Below are positions 1-7,163 of a DNA stretch of 48,210 nucleotides, piece after piece. This DNA comes from a virus. Position numbers and translations under genes: made by a program. The notes beneath the pieces were generated by a model. The model was not told where the DNA came from. It saw only the letters and a list, made by a program, of their open reading frames with translations, and made no database searches. The stretch spans positions 1 to 48,210 of IMG/VR virus record IMGVR_UViG_3300032144_000017. One strand, written 5' to 3'. The stretch's first letter is position 1, and every line of letters begins with the position of its first letter.

Positions 1-127
1 CATAACTAAAAAGCCGCCCACAATTAAGTGGACGGCTGTTAAGAGCGTGAACACACGCGGTGGCGTTCGCTACGCGAGTTACGGTTAGAGAATGGACTCA
101 ACCTCTTCTCCACGCAGCTTGGGCTCC
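1..127. repeat. Terminal direct repeat, copy 1 (identical to 48084..48210)
   Basis: Read directly: bases 1-127 (CATAACTAAAAAGCCGCCCACAATTAAG...CAGCTTGGGCTCC) recur exactly as the last 127 bases. The unique sequence is 48083 bp and the record closes on itself. Confidence 0.95.
8..37 (-). terminator. Rho-independent terminator closing the leftward early block
   Basis: The - strand reads AGCCGTCCAC-TTAATT-GTGGGCGGCT followed by TTTTTAG. The stem is 10 bp, and its one irregular pair is a G.U wobble only in the - strand transcript (A.C on +). It lies about 47 nt downstream of the stop of CDS 85..405. Confidence 0.75.
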
Positions 128-405
128 AGTGCGAACCAGCGCCAGCGCGTAAGATTGGTATAGTAATGTCCGCTCTGCTTAGGCGTAATGACTGCGCGAA
201 GCTTCCGCTTACCATTGTGATATTCGACTTTGAACTTCGCGCTGAACTCGAAACCGTTTTCGTCCCCAAGCTGGTGTCGTCTATCGTTAACCGTCAGTTG
301 ACCGAGCGTCAGCAACCAATACACATCGCTGAGCGCGTTCCAAATCTTAGCACTTGGACGAGTCTCGCGGGCTAATGTTTCTACCTGTCCGGGATACATT
401 TTCAT
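85..405 (-). CDS. hypothetical protein (106 aa), last gene of the leftward 3321->85 block
   Basis: ORF track. Ordinary amino-acid composition, followed by terminator 8..37. The antisense ORF 166..375 looks like a shadow ORF. Confidence 0.5.
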   Translation of the reverse strand: MKMYPGQVETLARETRPSAKIWNALSDVYWLLTLGQLTVNDRRHQLGDENGFEFSAKFKVEYHNGKRKLRAVITPKQSGHYYTNLTRWRWFALEPKLRGEEVESIL

Positions 406-544
406 AGGTCTAACCTTTCTATTGTTATTGTTACTAACCTCTTGGCGCGTTGCGCGCCAGCGAGTGCAACGGCTAACCTACCAACCACCAACGTACAAGT
501 ACGGACGTGGTGCGCTACGCGCGTTACGGTTGATAGGTTTGACG
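406..544. repeat. GC-rich intergenic element D (partial relative of elements A/B/C)
   Basis: Contains hairpin GGCGCG-TTG-CGCGCC (455..469), comparable to GCGCCCG-TTG-CGGGCGC in element C, then AGCGAG, then GGTGCGCTACGCGCGTTACGGTTGATAG (513..540), which resembles GGTGGCGTTCGCTACGCGAGTTACGGTTAGAG at 59..90. Confidence 0.4.
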
Positions 545-943
545 TTACTCTTGCGGTGGCGTGTAAACCAGCTTGAATGTGTGAGCAACGCGCCTGTGCT
601 CGCGCTCCCATTCCTCAACGTTGTACGCATCGTGTGTGCGCTGGAGTTGCTTTAACAAATCCCACTCTTTATCGTCCAGCTCGCCGTACATCTTCGTGAT
701 GACCTGATGGGCCTTACGATTCGCTGTGGTCGTTATGTCAAGCTCAGTACGATAAACGAACGCTGACATAATCTGTCCGCTCTCCATACACGCGTCGTAC
801 AATTCATCCGGGACCAAAGCCCCGATGAAACACTTGTTACCTTCCGTCGTGCGATAGCGACACCTTGCACCTTCCATTGCCTTGCGAGGTTGAGCGCGAC
901 TATGCGCCACAACTGCGTTGAATATAGCTTGTTTGTCAATCAT
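545..943 (-). CDS. hypothetical protein (132 aa)
   Basis: ORF track. Its start overlaps the upstream gene stop by 8 nt (936..943), consistent with operon packing. Confidence 0.55.
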   Translation of the reverse strand: MIDKQAIFNAVVAHSRAQPRKAMEGARCRYRTTEGNKCFIGALVPDELYDACMESGQIMSAFVYRTELDITTTANRKAHQVITKMYGELDDKEWDLLKQLQRTHDAYNVEEWEREHRRVAHTFKLVYTPPQE

Positions 944-1130
944 GTTGTTCTTCCCTAGGGATTATTACAATTACACTACCATAACGTTCAATCTCCATCG
1001 CAACGCGCTCAGTGAACGCGTTTGTTGGAGCATATCCTAAACGAGCGTGCAGCCACTCACGTGACCAGCGAATCATGTTATCAGGCATGTCCTCTGACTT
1101 GCCTCGTATTGCTGTACGATTCTCAATCAT
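936..1130 (-). CDS. hypothetical protein (64 aa)
   Basis: ORF track. Packed with its neighbours on the - strand. Confidence 0.45.
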   Translation of the reverse strand: MIENRTAIRGKSEDMPDNMIRWSREWLHARLGYAPTNAFTERVAMEIERYGSVIVIIPREEQHD

Positions 1131-1165
1131 ACAATTGGAGCGGTTAAGACGTGGTGCCTACGGCG

Positions 1166-1378
1166 TTACGGGCCGAAGAACTTGTCCTGACACACCTGAC
1201 ACAAACCAGAGATGGCAAACTCACGTTGTGACAGCTCATCCTTAAACGTGGTAGCAGGTCCACCACAACCAAAGGGCTTTGGTATGCATTTGTCAGCTCG
1301 TATGGTAGAGCGCCGGTCTGCACCAATGACCTCTTGCAACTTACGCTCTACTTCTGGTGATTTGTGTGAGGGTTCCAT
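1166..1378 (-). CDS. small Cys-rich (zinc-ribbon-like) protein (70 aa)
   Basis: Two cysteine pairs, C-x6-C (CIPKPFGC) and C-x2-C (CQVC), about 30 aa apart. Confidence 0.45.
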   Translation of the reverse strand: MEPSHKSPEVERKLQEVIGADRRSTIRADKCIPKPFGCGGPATTFKDELSQREFAISGLCQVCQDKFFGP

Positions 1379-1456
1379 TACTTTATGTAGTTTGAGGGTT
1401 TATCGCGAAACAACCAACAGACGATGATAACTAACAGTATTACTCTGAGGCCTTCT

Positions 1457-1741
1457 TCAAAGTTCACGTGAGGCTCCCGCTTGTGGCTGCTGCGCAGCCG
1501 GTTGATCTTTGATGTTGTTGTGTGCAGCCTGCGCTGACTCGCACGTCATAAGCGTTGCGCGTTGAAGGTTGCGAAACCGTATTTCTACAGTGTCGCCAGC
1601 TTTAAGGTCACGCACGCTCATGTAGCGACCGGGTTGTGTGTAAGTATGGTTCTTGAAGTCCACACCCTTAACGAACGCAGCAATCGCGTCCGTGCTCTTG
1701 AGATAGTCTCTGCCGTAAGCAGGTCCAACGACGTAGTGCAT
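1457..1741 (-). CDS. hypothetical protein (94 aa)
   Basis: ORF track. Lies 6 nt downstream of the stop of 1747..1935. Confidence 0.5.
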   Translation of the reverse strand: MHYVVGPAYGRDYLKSTDAIAAFVKGVDFKNHTYTQPGRYMSVRDLKAGDTVEIRFRNLQRATLMTCESAQAAHNNIKDQPAAQQPQAGASREL

Positions 1742-1746
1742 AACAA

Positions 1747-1935
1747 TTAGAGGTGCGTAGGTTCAGTGTTTAACTCCATGACTATGACCTGATGCCTATT
1801 ACGGAATAAGGTTTGCTCGTCGCGTGTCATGTTCACGCACGAGATGCTAATAGAAGACACGGCATGTGCCTGCTGTTCAAATAAGCCCACAATGTGAAGT
1901 GTGCTCATATCTTTTACTGCGTATATACGTTTCAT
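1747..1935 (-). CDS. hypothetical protein (62 aa)
   Basis: ORF track. First ORF after the 158-bp gap that holds a sigma70-like promoter candidate. Confidence 0.4.
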   Translation of the reverse strand: MKRIYAVKDMSTLHIVGLFEQQAHAVSSISISCVNMTRDEQTLFRNRHQVIVMELNTEPTHL

Positions 1936-2001
1936 AACCTAGGTTATCCTTTATTGTTGGTTGGTTTTTGACGATTGACCAGATGTGGCCAAATCGGGGG
2001 A

Positions 2002-2030
2002 AGCCTAGCATAAACCCTATCAAAAGTCAA
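2002..2030 (-). promoter_or_regulatory. candidate sigma70-type promoter (TTGACT-N17-TAGGCT) on the - strand
   Basis: The - strand reads TTGACT tttgatagggtttatgc TAGGCT. It lies 60-90 nt upstream of the ATG at 1935 and downstream of motif copy 1. Confidence 0.3.
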
Positions 2031-2089
2031 CAACAATCTTTAGAAACCTATAACAACGTATCACTGGTTTTGTGAGCTTGTGACCCCAT

Positions 2090-2114
2090 TACTTTATCGA
2101 AATTCGATGAAGTC
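2090..2114 (-). promoter_or_regulatory. 24-bp palindromic motif, copy 1
   Basis: Gene-orientation reading ACTTCATCGAATTTCGATAAAGTA. The TAA stop of CDS 2094..2543 lies inside the motif (codons ..TTC ATC GAA TTT CGA TAA). Confidence 0.9.
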
Positions 2115-2543
2115 CTCCTTCTTACCCTCTCTTAACTCCCAGCTCTTACACCAGCCTTCTTCTAATAACTCTATTCTCATTAAACCTACAAGATAATTAA
2201 CTGCATGTTCTTTACTATCAAACATAACCTCAAGCACATTACCATTGTCCTTACAAACAAGACAGTATGGTTTTTTACTACTGGCTTTTAAAACCAACGT
2301 ACGTCTATCTTCTAAATACTCTACAAGTTCTTTTCCGTTTTCTGCACTTAATATAAACTTAACCTCGCCAGCATCTGTTTCAATCAGTCCATAATACTGA
2401 ATAAATTGTTCTACATATTTACCGTATTGGTCTTTAACACAAAGACAAACTGGAAAATCGTGTTCCGTACATTCTAATAATGCTCGTTCAAGTAAATTAC
2501 CTAACACACTGTTTAAACCTTGCATTGTTAATTCCGTATTCAT
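2094..2543 (-). CDS. hypothetical early protein (149 aa), AT-rich island
   Basis: ORF track. Visibly AT-rich compared with flanking DNA. No motif recognised. Confidence 0.55.
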   Translation of the reverse strand: MNTELTMQGLNSVLGNLLERALLECTEHDFPVCLCVKDQYGKYVEQFIQYYGLIETDAGEVKFILSAENGKELVEYLEDRRTLVLKASSKKPYCLVCKDNGNVLEVMFDSKEHAVNYLVGLMRIELLEEGWCKSWELREGKKEDFIEFR

Positions 2544-2545
2544 AT

Positions 2546-2998
2546 TTAATTGTATTTTTGTATTACAAAGTCCTCACCATTTCGTCTAATCATTATCTTT
2601 ATACCTTTGTTGCGTGCCGCAGTATATAAACTCGTATGTGCTACACCCTTAGGTATAACTACAGGCTTATCAACCACTAGTGATCCTATGATCGTGCTAG
2701 GACTTAATCCTTTAACAGGCAGTTCGCCAGCCGTGAGTTCGAGCGCTTGTGCAACAGGCTGTGTAACTACTTCAACTGCTTGTCTTTTAACTCTTTTACC
2801 ACTTACGATATACCTGCGTTGGTCAAAGATGTGCAGCCTATCGTACTCTTCCTGCGTATAGTCACGCGTCTCATCAAACACAAGCTCAGCGCCAGTTCGT
2901 GGATATTGCACTTGGTCATACTCCCAAGCAGGTTCAAAGTGCTCGGGCAACCTACGTTCCCAAGCATAATACTTAAACATTATTTCTTTCTCAGTCAT
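2546..2998 (-). CDS. hypothetical early protein (150 aa), AT-rich island
   Basis: ORF track. Its C-terminal about 40 aa (VVIPKGVAHTSLYTAARNKGIKIMIRRNGEDFVIQKYN) loosely parallels the C-terminus of 2995..3321. Confidence 0.55.
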   Translation of the reverse strand: MTEKEIMFKYYAWERRLPEHFEPAWEYDQVQYPRTGAELVFDETRDYTQEEYDRLHIFDQRRYIVSGKRVKRQAVEVVTQPVAQALELTAGELPVKGLSPSTIIGSLVVDKPVVIPKGVAHTSLYTAARNKGIKIMIRRNGEDFVIQKYN

Positions 2999-3321
2999 GA
3001 GATCCTCCTAATATACACATTACCATCATAACCTTTCTTCGTCTCAACAATAATGTTGAGCTGCCTTGCACTTGAAGGCACACTTGAACGCTTGAAATTA
3101 CCAAGCGGTATTACATCTCCTACCTTTAACTTGCGTAGCGCATCGGCTAAACCATACGCTGCTTGTTGACGCTGTGCGCCTCGTTTGCTCTCTCGCCATA
3201 TAACTACAGGTAGTCCATTGTCATCGTATGGACCTGCATTGTGCGTCTGCTCGCCAGCTTGTGGGTTTTCCATGATAGCATTATATATTATTTTATGCTT
3301 TGTTCGAGAACAATCTATCAC
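2995..3321 (-). CDS. hypothetical early protein (108 aa; first leftward gene)
   Basis: ORF track, GTG start at 3321. An internal ATG 16 codons downstream is an alternative start. C-terminus is VIPLGNFKRSSVPSSARQLNIIVETKKGYDGNVYIRRIS. Confidence 0.5.
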   Translation of the reverse strand: MIDCSRTKHKIIYNAIMENPQAGEQTHNAGPYDDNGLPVVIWRESKRGAQRQQAAYGLADALRKLKVGDVIPLGNFKRSSVPSSARQLNIIVETKKGYDGNVYIRRIS

Positions 3322-3408
3322 AATCTTATTTGTTACCTCTTTAGTTTATTTGTCACTCCTATTGTGCGTGCTTAATCTGCTCGCACTAATTTGTCGGCTT
3401 TCTCCTCC

Positions 3409-3429
3409 TACTACTACTACTACTACTAT
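3409..3429. repeat. Left arm of a perfect 21-bp inverted repeat, (TAC)6TAT
   Basis: TACTACTACTACTACTACTAT is the exact reverse complement of 3524..3544. Confidence 0.95.
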
Positions 3430-3523
3430 AGGTATGTGTATAGTTAAAAAAAAATAATATATAGGACTATACAGATTGACCTATTGTTAGAGAGATGATC
3501 GCTCAGAAAAAATATGTTATTTA

Positions 3524-3544
3524 ATAGTAGTAGTAGTAGTAGTA
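3524..3544. repeat. Right arm of a perfect 21-bp inverted repeat, ATA(GTA)6
   Basis: ATAGTAGTAGTAGTAGTAGTA. The arms are separated by a 94-bp AT-rich spacer (3430..3523) that contains an A9 run. Confidence 0.95.
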
Positions 3545-3569
3545 CATTAAATAAAATCATCGCTATCTT

Positions 3570-3593
3570 ACTCTATCGAAATTCAATAAAGTC
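3570..3593 (+). promoter_or_regulatory. 24-bp palindromic motif, copy 2
   Basis: ACTCTATCGAAATTCAATAAAGTC. Lies 26 nt right of the right inverted-repeat arm, at the head of the rightward arm. Confidence 0.85.
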
Positions 3594-3847
3594 TATCGCT
3601 TCCTTCAGCAAACGAACGTATCGGTTAACTCCTGGCGCGACCACGTTATGGTTGGGAGTCCAGTATTAGCCTGACAAATGCCTCGCATTAGATTGTCTAA
3701 TGCAACGCCAGTTCTCACATTTTACAACAATTTTACACGGAGTTGGCATGAAAACATTTTTCAAATAAATCTCGCCATGTCGCTGCCGTTGTGAATGATT
3801 CTAGTCGCTGGCCAATTCCAGCCAGCGAAACAAACCACAAAAAACAA

Positions 3848-4204
3848 ATGACAACGAAAACATACGCTTGCTCCTATAAGGGAGCATCTTCAACCGCAAC
3901 CTCGCTGGCCTCGCAAATGCAGGCTGACAAGGCTGGCGCAATCCTCGTCTCTAACGGCTTTGGCAAAGCCTCGTTTTGCCTTTTCCTCGCACGCCTCGCA
4001 ATCCGCGCCATTGACGCGGGCTATGATGAGAAAAAGCTGACATTGCTTTTCCAAGCAATGGACGCGGGCAATGCGAGCGCCGCAGGCAAGGCAGCTGCTT
4101 CAATCGTCATCACCATTGACGGCAAGGCGCAATCCCTCGCAAAATACTGGGAGGATAACAACGTCACAAGCGAAGCGGTCACGCAGGACTTCAGCGACAT
4201 TTAA
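3848..4204 (+). CDS. hypothetical protein (118 aa) in a stand-alone cassette
   Basis: ORF track lists 3791..4204 from a GTG. The first ATG is at 3848, preceded by the A-rich sequence CCACAAAAAACAA. Followed by its own terminator. Confidence 0.5.
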   Translation: MTTKTYACSYKGASSTATSLASQMQADKAGAILVSNGFGKASFCLFLARLAIRAIDAGYDEKKLTLLFQAMDAGNASAAGKAAASIVITIDGKAQSLAKYWEDNNVTSEAVTQDFSDI

Positions 4205-4230
4205 CCACGGCGCAAGCTGACAACCCGCAA

Positions 4231-4268
4231 CCCTCGCAAGCCTAACAACTTGCGGGGGTTTTCATTTG
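4231..4268 (+). terminator. Rho-independent terminator
   Basis: CCCTCGCAAG-CCTAACAA-CTTGCGGGGG followed by TTTTCATTTG. The stem is 10 bp with one U.G wobble on the + transcript. Confidence 0.75.
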
Positions 4269-4343
4269 TGATCTAGTTGAGAATGGTTCGCAACTTCTTC
4301 AAGGCATCGAGCCGATTTAGCGCGACTATCGTCGCAAAAGGGG

Positions 4344-4366
4344 TACCCTTCCCCCAGGGAAGGGTA
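4344..4366. repeat. Perfect 10-bp inverted repeat with a 3-nt spacer
   Basis: TACCCTTCCC-CCA-GGGAAGGGTA, in the non-coding stretch between terminator 4231..4268 and promoter 4479..4507. Confidence 0.85.
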
Positions 4367-4478
4367 ATTAGGTATATATTAACGATGGAGCATTTTTTCA
4401 CAAAAAATCGACCTAGTGCGACCACTCGCCAGAAGTGCGAAAAGAGGGCCATAAGTGAAGGATTGTGAAAGATTGTTC

Positions 4479-4507
4479 TTGAACTAGGCTTTTCAATCTG
4501 ATATACT
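4479..4507 (+). promoter_or_regulatory. candidate sigma70-type promoter TTGAAC-N17-TATACT
   Basis: TTGAAC (4479-4484), 17-nt spacer, TATACT (4502-4507). Both hexamers match consensus at 5/6 positions. Upstream of the terminase genes. Confidence 0.45.
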
Positions 4508-4653
4508 ATGCGCTTAAATGAAGGACCAGCAGCCAGTAATCTCAGCACCGCTCTCCCACGAACTGGCAACTGTCAGCACTGGCGTTAAGCGGTCGGTTAA
4601 GTTGGAGCCTCAACACTTGGCGAGAGCCAAATCAACACTAGGAAAGCTTTTTC

Positions 4654-5160
4654 ATGGTGGCAGAATTACAGAAACAGGCTGGCCAACCACAGTACGCAAA
4701 TCTGCTTAAGCTACTAAGCGTGGCCGGGCACGACACAATTAGTTATTGTGCGATCTGCTTTGCCATTGGACTGCCGAACGAATTAGTAGCTGAGCTGTTC
4801 GGCCTACTGCCGGAGGAGATCGAACTGTATAAGCGCTCGCCGCGTATTAGTGAGCTCTCCAACCAGATTCAGATTGCGCTTGGTATGAACCACGAGAAGC
4901 GTCTGGCGGCTGCCGTAAACCTGGCCATTGATACCAAGATGCACTTGTTGCGCAACGGCGACGACAAAATCAAGAATAATGTTTCGACTGAGGTCCTGGA
5001 CCGTAACTTCGGCAAGCCGCTACAGACCACGCAGAACATTAACGCGAATATCAACACGACGGTTACGAACGACGAGCTGGACCGCAGGTATAATATGACT
5101 GACAAACGTATTCAGCTACTTGAGGAAAAGCGCCAAAAACTACTGGGGTCCCTTAAGTAA
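4654..5160 (+). CDS. putative terminase small subunit (168 aa)
   Basis: Called on position only: immediately upstream of terL, appropriate size, helical and charged C-terminus. No SD sequence. Confidence 0.4.
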   Translation: MVAELQKQAGQPQYANLLKLLSVAGHDTISYCAICFAIGLPNELVAELFGLLPEEIELYKRSPRISELSNQIQIALGMNHEKRLAAAVNLAIDTKMHLLRNGDDKIKNNVSTEVLDRNFGKPLQTTQNINANINTTVTNDELDRRYNMTDKRIQLLEEKRQKLLGSLK

Positions 5161-5222
5161 CTGGCGCCGCAGGCGCAATAACGGGAGCCTCCGCGTTACT
5201 GTTCTCGACCTCATTCCTTTAG

Positions 5223-5246
5223 ACTCCATCGAAATTCGATAAAGTG
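5223..5246 (+). promoter_or_regulatory. 24-bp palindromic motif, copy 3
   Basis: ACTCCATCGAAATTCGATAAAGTG. The last three bases are the GTG start listed for terL. Confidence 0.9.
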
Positions 5247-6767
5247 CAAGACGCCCAAGAGCTCCAACTGGTGGAACAAGAGTTAGCGCAACTAAAAGCA
5301 GAACGGTTGCGCCTGCTTAACTTAAAAGAGGAAGCCTACCGGGACCGGGCGCTTGAACTCTTTATACCGCACACCAAACAGTTTGAGTTCTTTTACCATG
5401 GCGACAAGAAAGGTAGAGGCGGATTTTGCGGTAATCGTTTCGGCAAAAGTACGATTGGCGTCGTCGAAGACATTAGTTGGGCTCTCGGTGAACGGCCGTT
5501 CTTCCCGGTCGGGCACGAGCTCCGCACGAAAGGTATCCCCGACTACGGCATTAAAGGCTTGATACTCTCGGAAGACTGGGACAAAGTCCACGACATCTTT
5601 ACCAATTCGGAGAGTAAAGACAGGCCTGGCAAGTTCTTTGAGTACATCCCCAAGTCGAAGATCCACTCCACCACAAAGATGGCGAAGGGCGTAATCAATT
5701 CGATTACCACCCGCAATAAGATCGGTGGCGTTGAGCGGGAATCCTCACTTATGTTTGATACGGTTAAGTCGTTCCTTAACAACCCGCGCAGCTTTGAATC
5801 GTCAGACTGGGATTTCATACACGTCGACGAGCCTATTATGGAGGAGCTTTGGTTAGCTGTCTCCCGCGGTCTAATTGATAGAGGTGGTAAGTACTGGTGG
5901 CTCCTCACTGCACTCGGCTTCCCTTGGATGTATGATACGATGCAGGACCAAGTGAAGCGCGACCCCGAGCGCTTTTTCATGTTTGAGGCGAGCATGGACG
6001 ACAATCCGCTCTTGAGCGAACAGGATAAGCAAGACTACCTGTCGCAGCTGTCGCCTGACGAACTTAGCTGTCGCCGGGACGGTAAGCCGCTTTCACACGG
6101 CAGACGCGTTTACGGCCACTTTAACGAGGGCACGCATGTGTGGCCTCACGATTACCTTCCCTCTCCCGAGTGGAAGGATGCTCGCACTCCACCAATTTCT
6201 TACTCCAGTATTTATGCCCTTGACCCACACCCACAGACGCCACACGCTGTTCTTTTTGTGGCGACTGCGCCCGACGGCACGATATATATTTTTGACGAAA
6301 TCTTCGAAAAACTTCTCATCTCGGAAGTTGCACAAAAAATCCAACTCCGCCGCTATAAGCTGCGACTAGAGGGCGAGCTGTGCGATCCGTGCGCGTGGAT
6401 TGAAAACCCAGATACCGGATACGCTTGGGTGCATACGCTCTACGAATACGGACTAAACGTGATACGCGCAAGTAAGGATAAGACTGACGGTATCATCTCA
6501 GCGCAGGAAGTTTGGAAGAAGAAGCGTATCTTTGTAATGCCACACTGTGTTAATTTTATACGCGAGATCAAGAAGTATTTCTTCGACAAAGAAAACAAGC
6601 CGGTTGACAAAGACGACCATATGATGGAGAACTTTTACCGGCTCAACGCATTTAACGGTTTCAAGTACGTAGTTCCGCCCAACCCAAAACCACAACGGTT
6701 CAAAATCAAAGACGAGTTTGCGGATGTCCCGTATGACTTGCCACACATGGACCATATCACTCTATGA
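5244..6767 (+). CDS. terL: terminase large subunit
   Basis: Walker A-like GNRFGKST and Walker B-like DFIHVDEP in the N-terminal half. 507 aa, at the head of the morphogenesis block. The start codon is uncertain (GTG at 5244 or 5271). Confidence 0.85.
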   Translation: MQDAQELQLVEQELAQLKAERLRLLNLKEEAYRDRALELFIPHTKQFEFFYHGDKKGRGGFCGNRFGKSTIGVVEDISWALGERPFFPVGHELRTKGIPDYGIKGLILSEDWDKVHDIFTNSESKDRPGKFFEYIPKSKIHSTTKMAKGVINSITTRNKIGGVERESSLMFDTVKSFLNNPRSFESSDWDFIHVDEPIMEELWLAVSRGLIDRGGKYWWLLTALGFPWMYDTMQDQVKRDPERFFMFEASMDDNPLLSEQDKQDYLSQLSPDELSCRRDGKPLSHGRRVYGHFNEGTHVWPHDYLPSPEWKDARTPPISYSSIYALDPHPQTPHAVLFVATAPDGTIYIFDEIFEKLLISEVAQKIQLRRYKLRLEGELCDPCAWIENPDTGYAWVHTLYEYGLNVIRASKDKTDGIISAQEVWKKKRIFVMPHCVNFIREIKKYFFDKENKPVDKDDHMMENFYRLNAFNGFKYVVPPNPKPQRFKIKDEFADVPYDLPHMDHITL

Positions 6768-7162
6768 TTGCTACACAAATTATTGTTAACCAGCCGCTTC
6801 TCCTACCGGGTGGCGACTTTCAGCTACCGATTAAACACGTGTTTGCTGCGGCAAGCGGCGCGTATAATCTTGAGATCATCTTCACAAATGGGCTCAACCC
6901 TCTGAGTGAGCCGCCAGCCCACGTACATGGAGAGCTCTTCAGTGCGACCACGAACCTGGCCGACGCGGCAAGCGAAGCCTTCGCACGAGAGCTGGCGATG
7001 TCCGCAAACTGTAAGACCACCAAGTTAAAGGTCGAACGGTCTGCGCGCACGATCACTCACTCCGATGTGTACGCCCTTAACGGCGCGAATCTTATCGCGT
7101 GGCTGAACCTTGGCAACCTTAACTCGCAATGCTTCTTTGACCTTTGGGTGAACGAGTTCTAA
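6764..7162 (+). CDS. hypothetical protein (132 aa)
   Basis: ORF track. ATGA overlap with the terL stop. Confidence 0.55.
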   Translation: MIATQIIVNQPLLLPGGDFQLPIKHVFAAASGAYNLEIIFTNGLNPLSEPPAHVHGELFSATTNLADAASEAFARELAMSANCKTTKLKVERSARTITHSDVYALNGANLIAWLNLGNLNSQCFFDLWVNEF

Positions 7163-7163
7163 G

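Noticed and set aside
166-375. 69-aa + strand ORF antisense to CDS 85..405
   Set aside because: It is entirely nested antisense within a better-composed - strand ORF that is followed by a strand-specific terminator.
4273-4569. ORFs 4273..4569 (-), 4277..4468 (+) and 4518..4709 (+) in the terminase leader
   Set aside because: They overlap one another, a perfect palindrome and a promoter candidate, and have no supporting features. ORF 4518..4709 starts about 4 nt after the predicted transcription start and overlaps the terS frame, so it is possible but unsupported.
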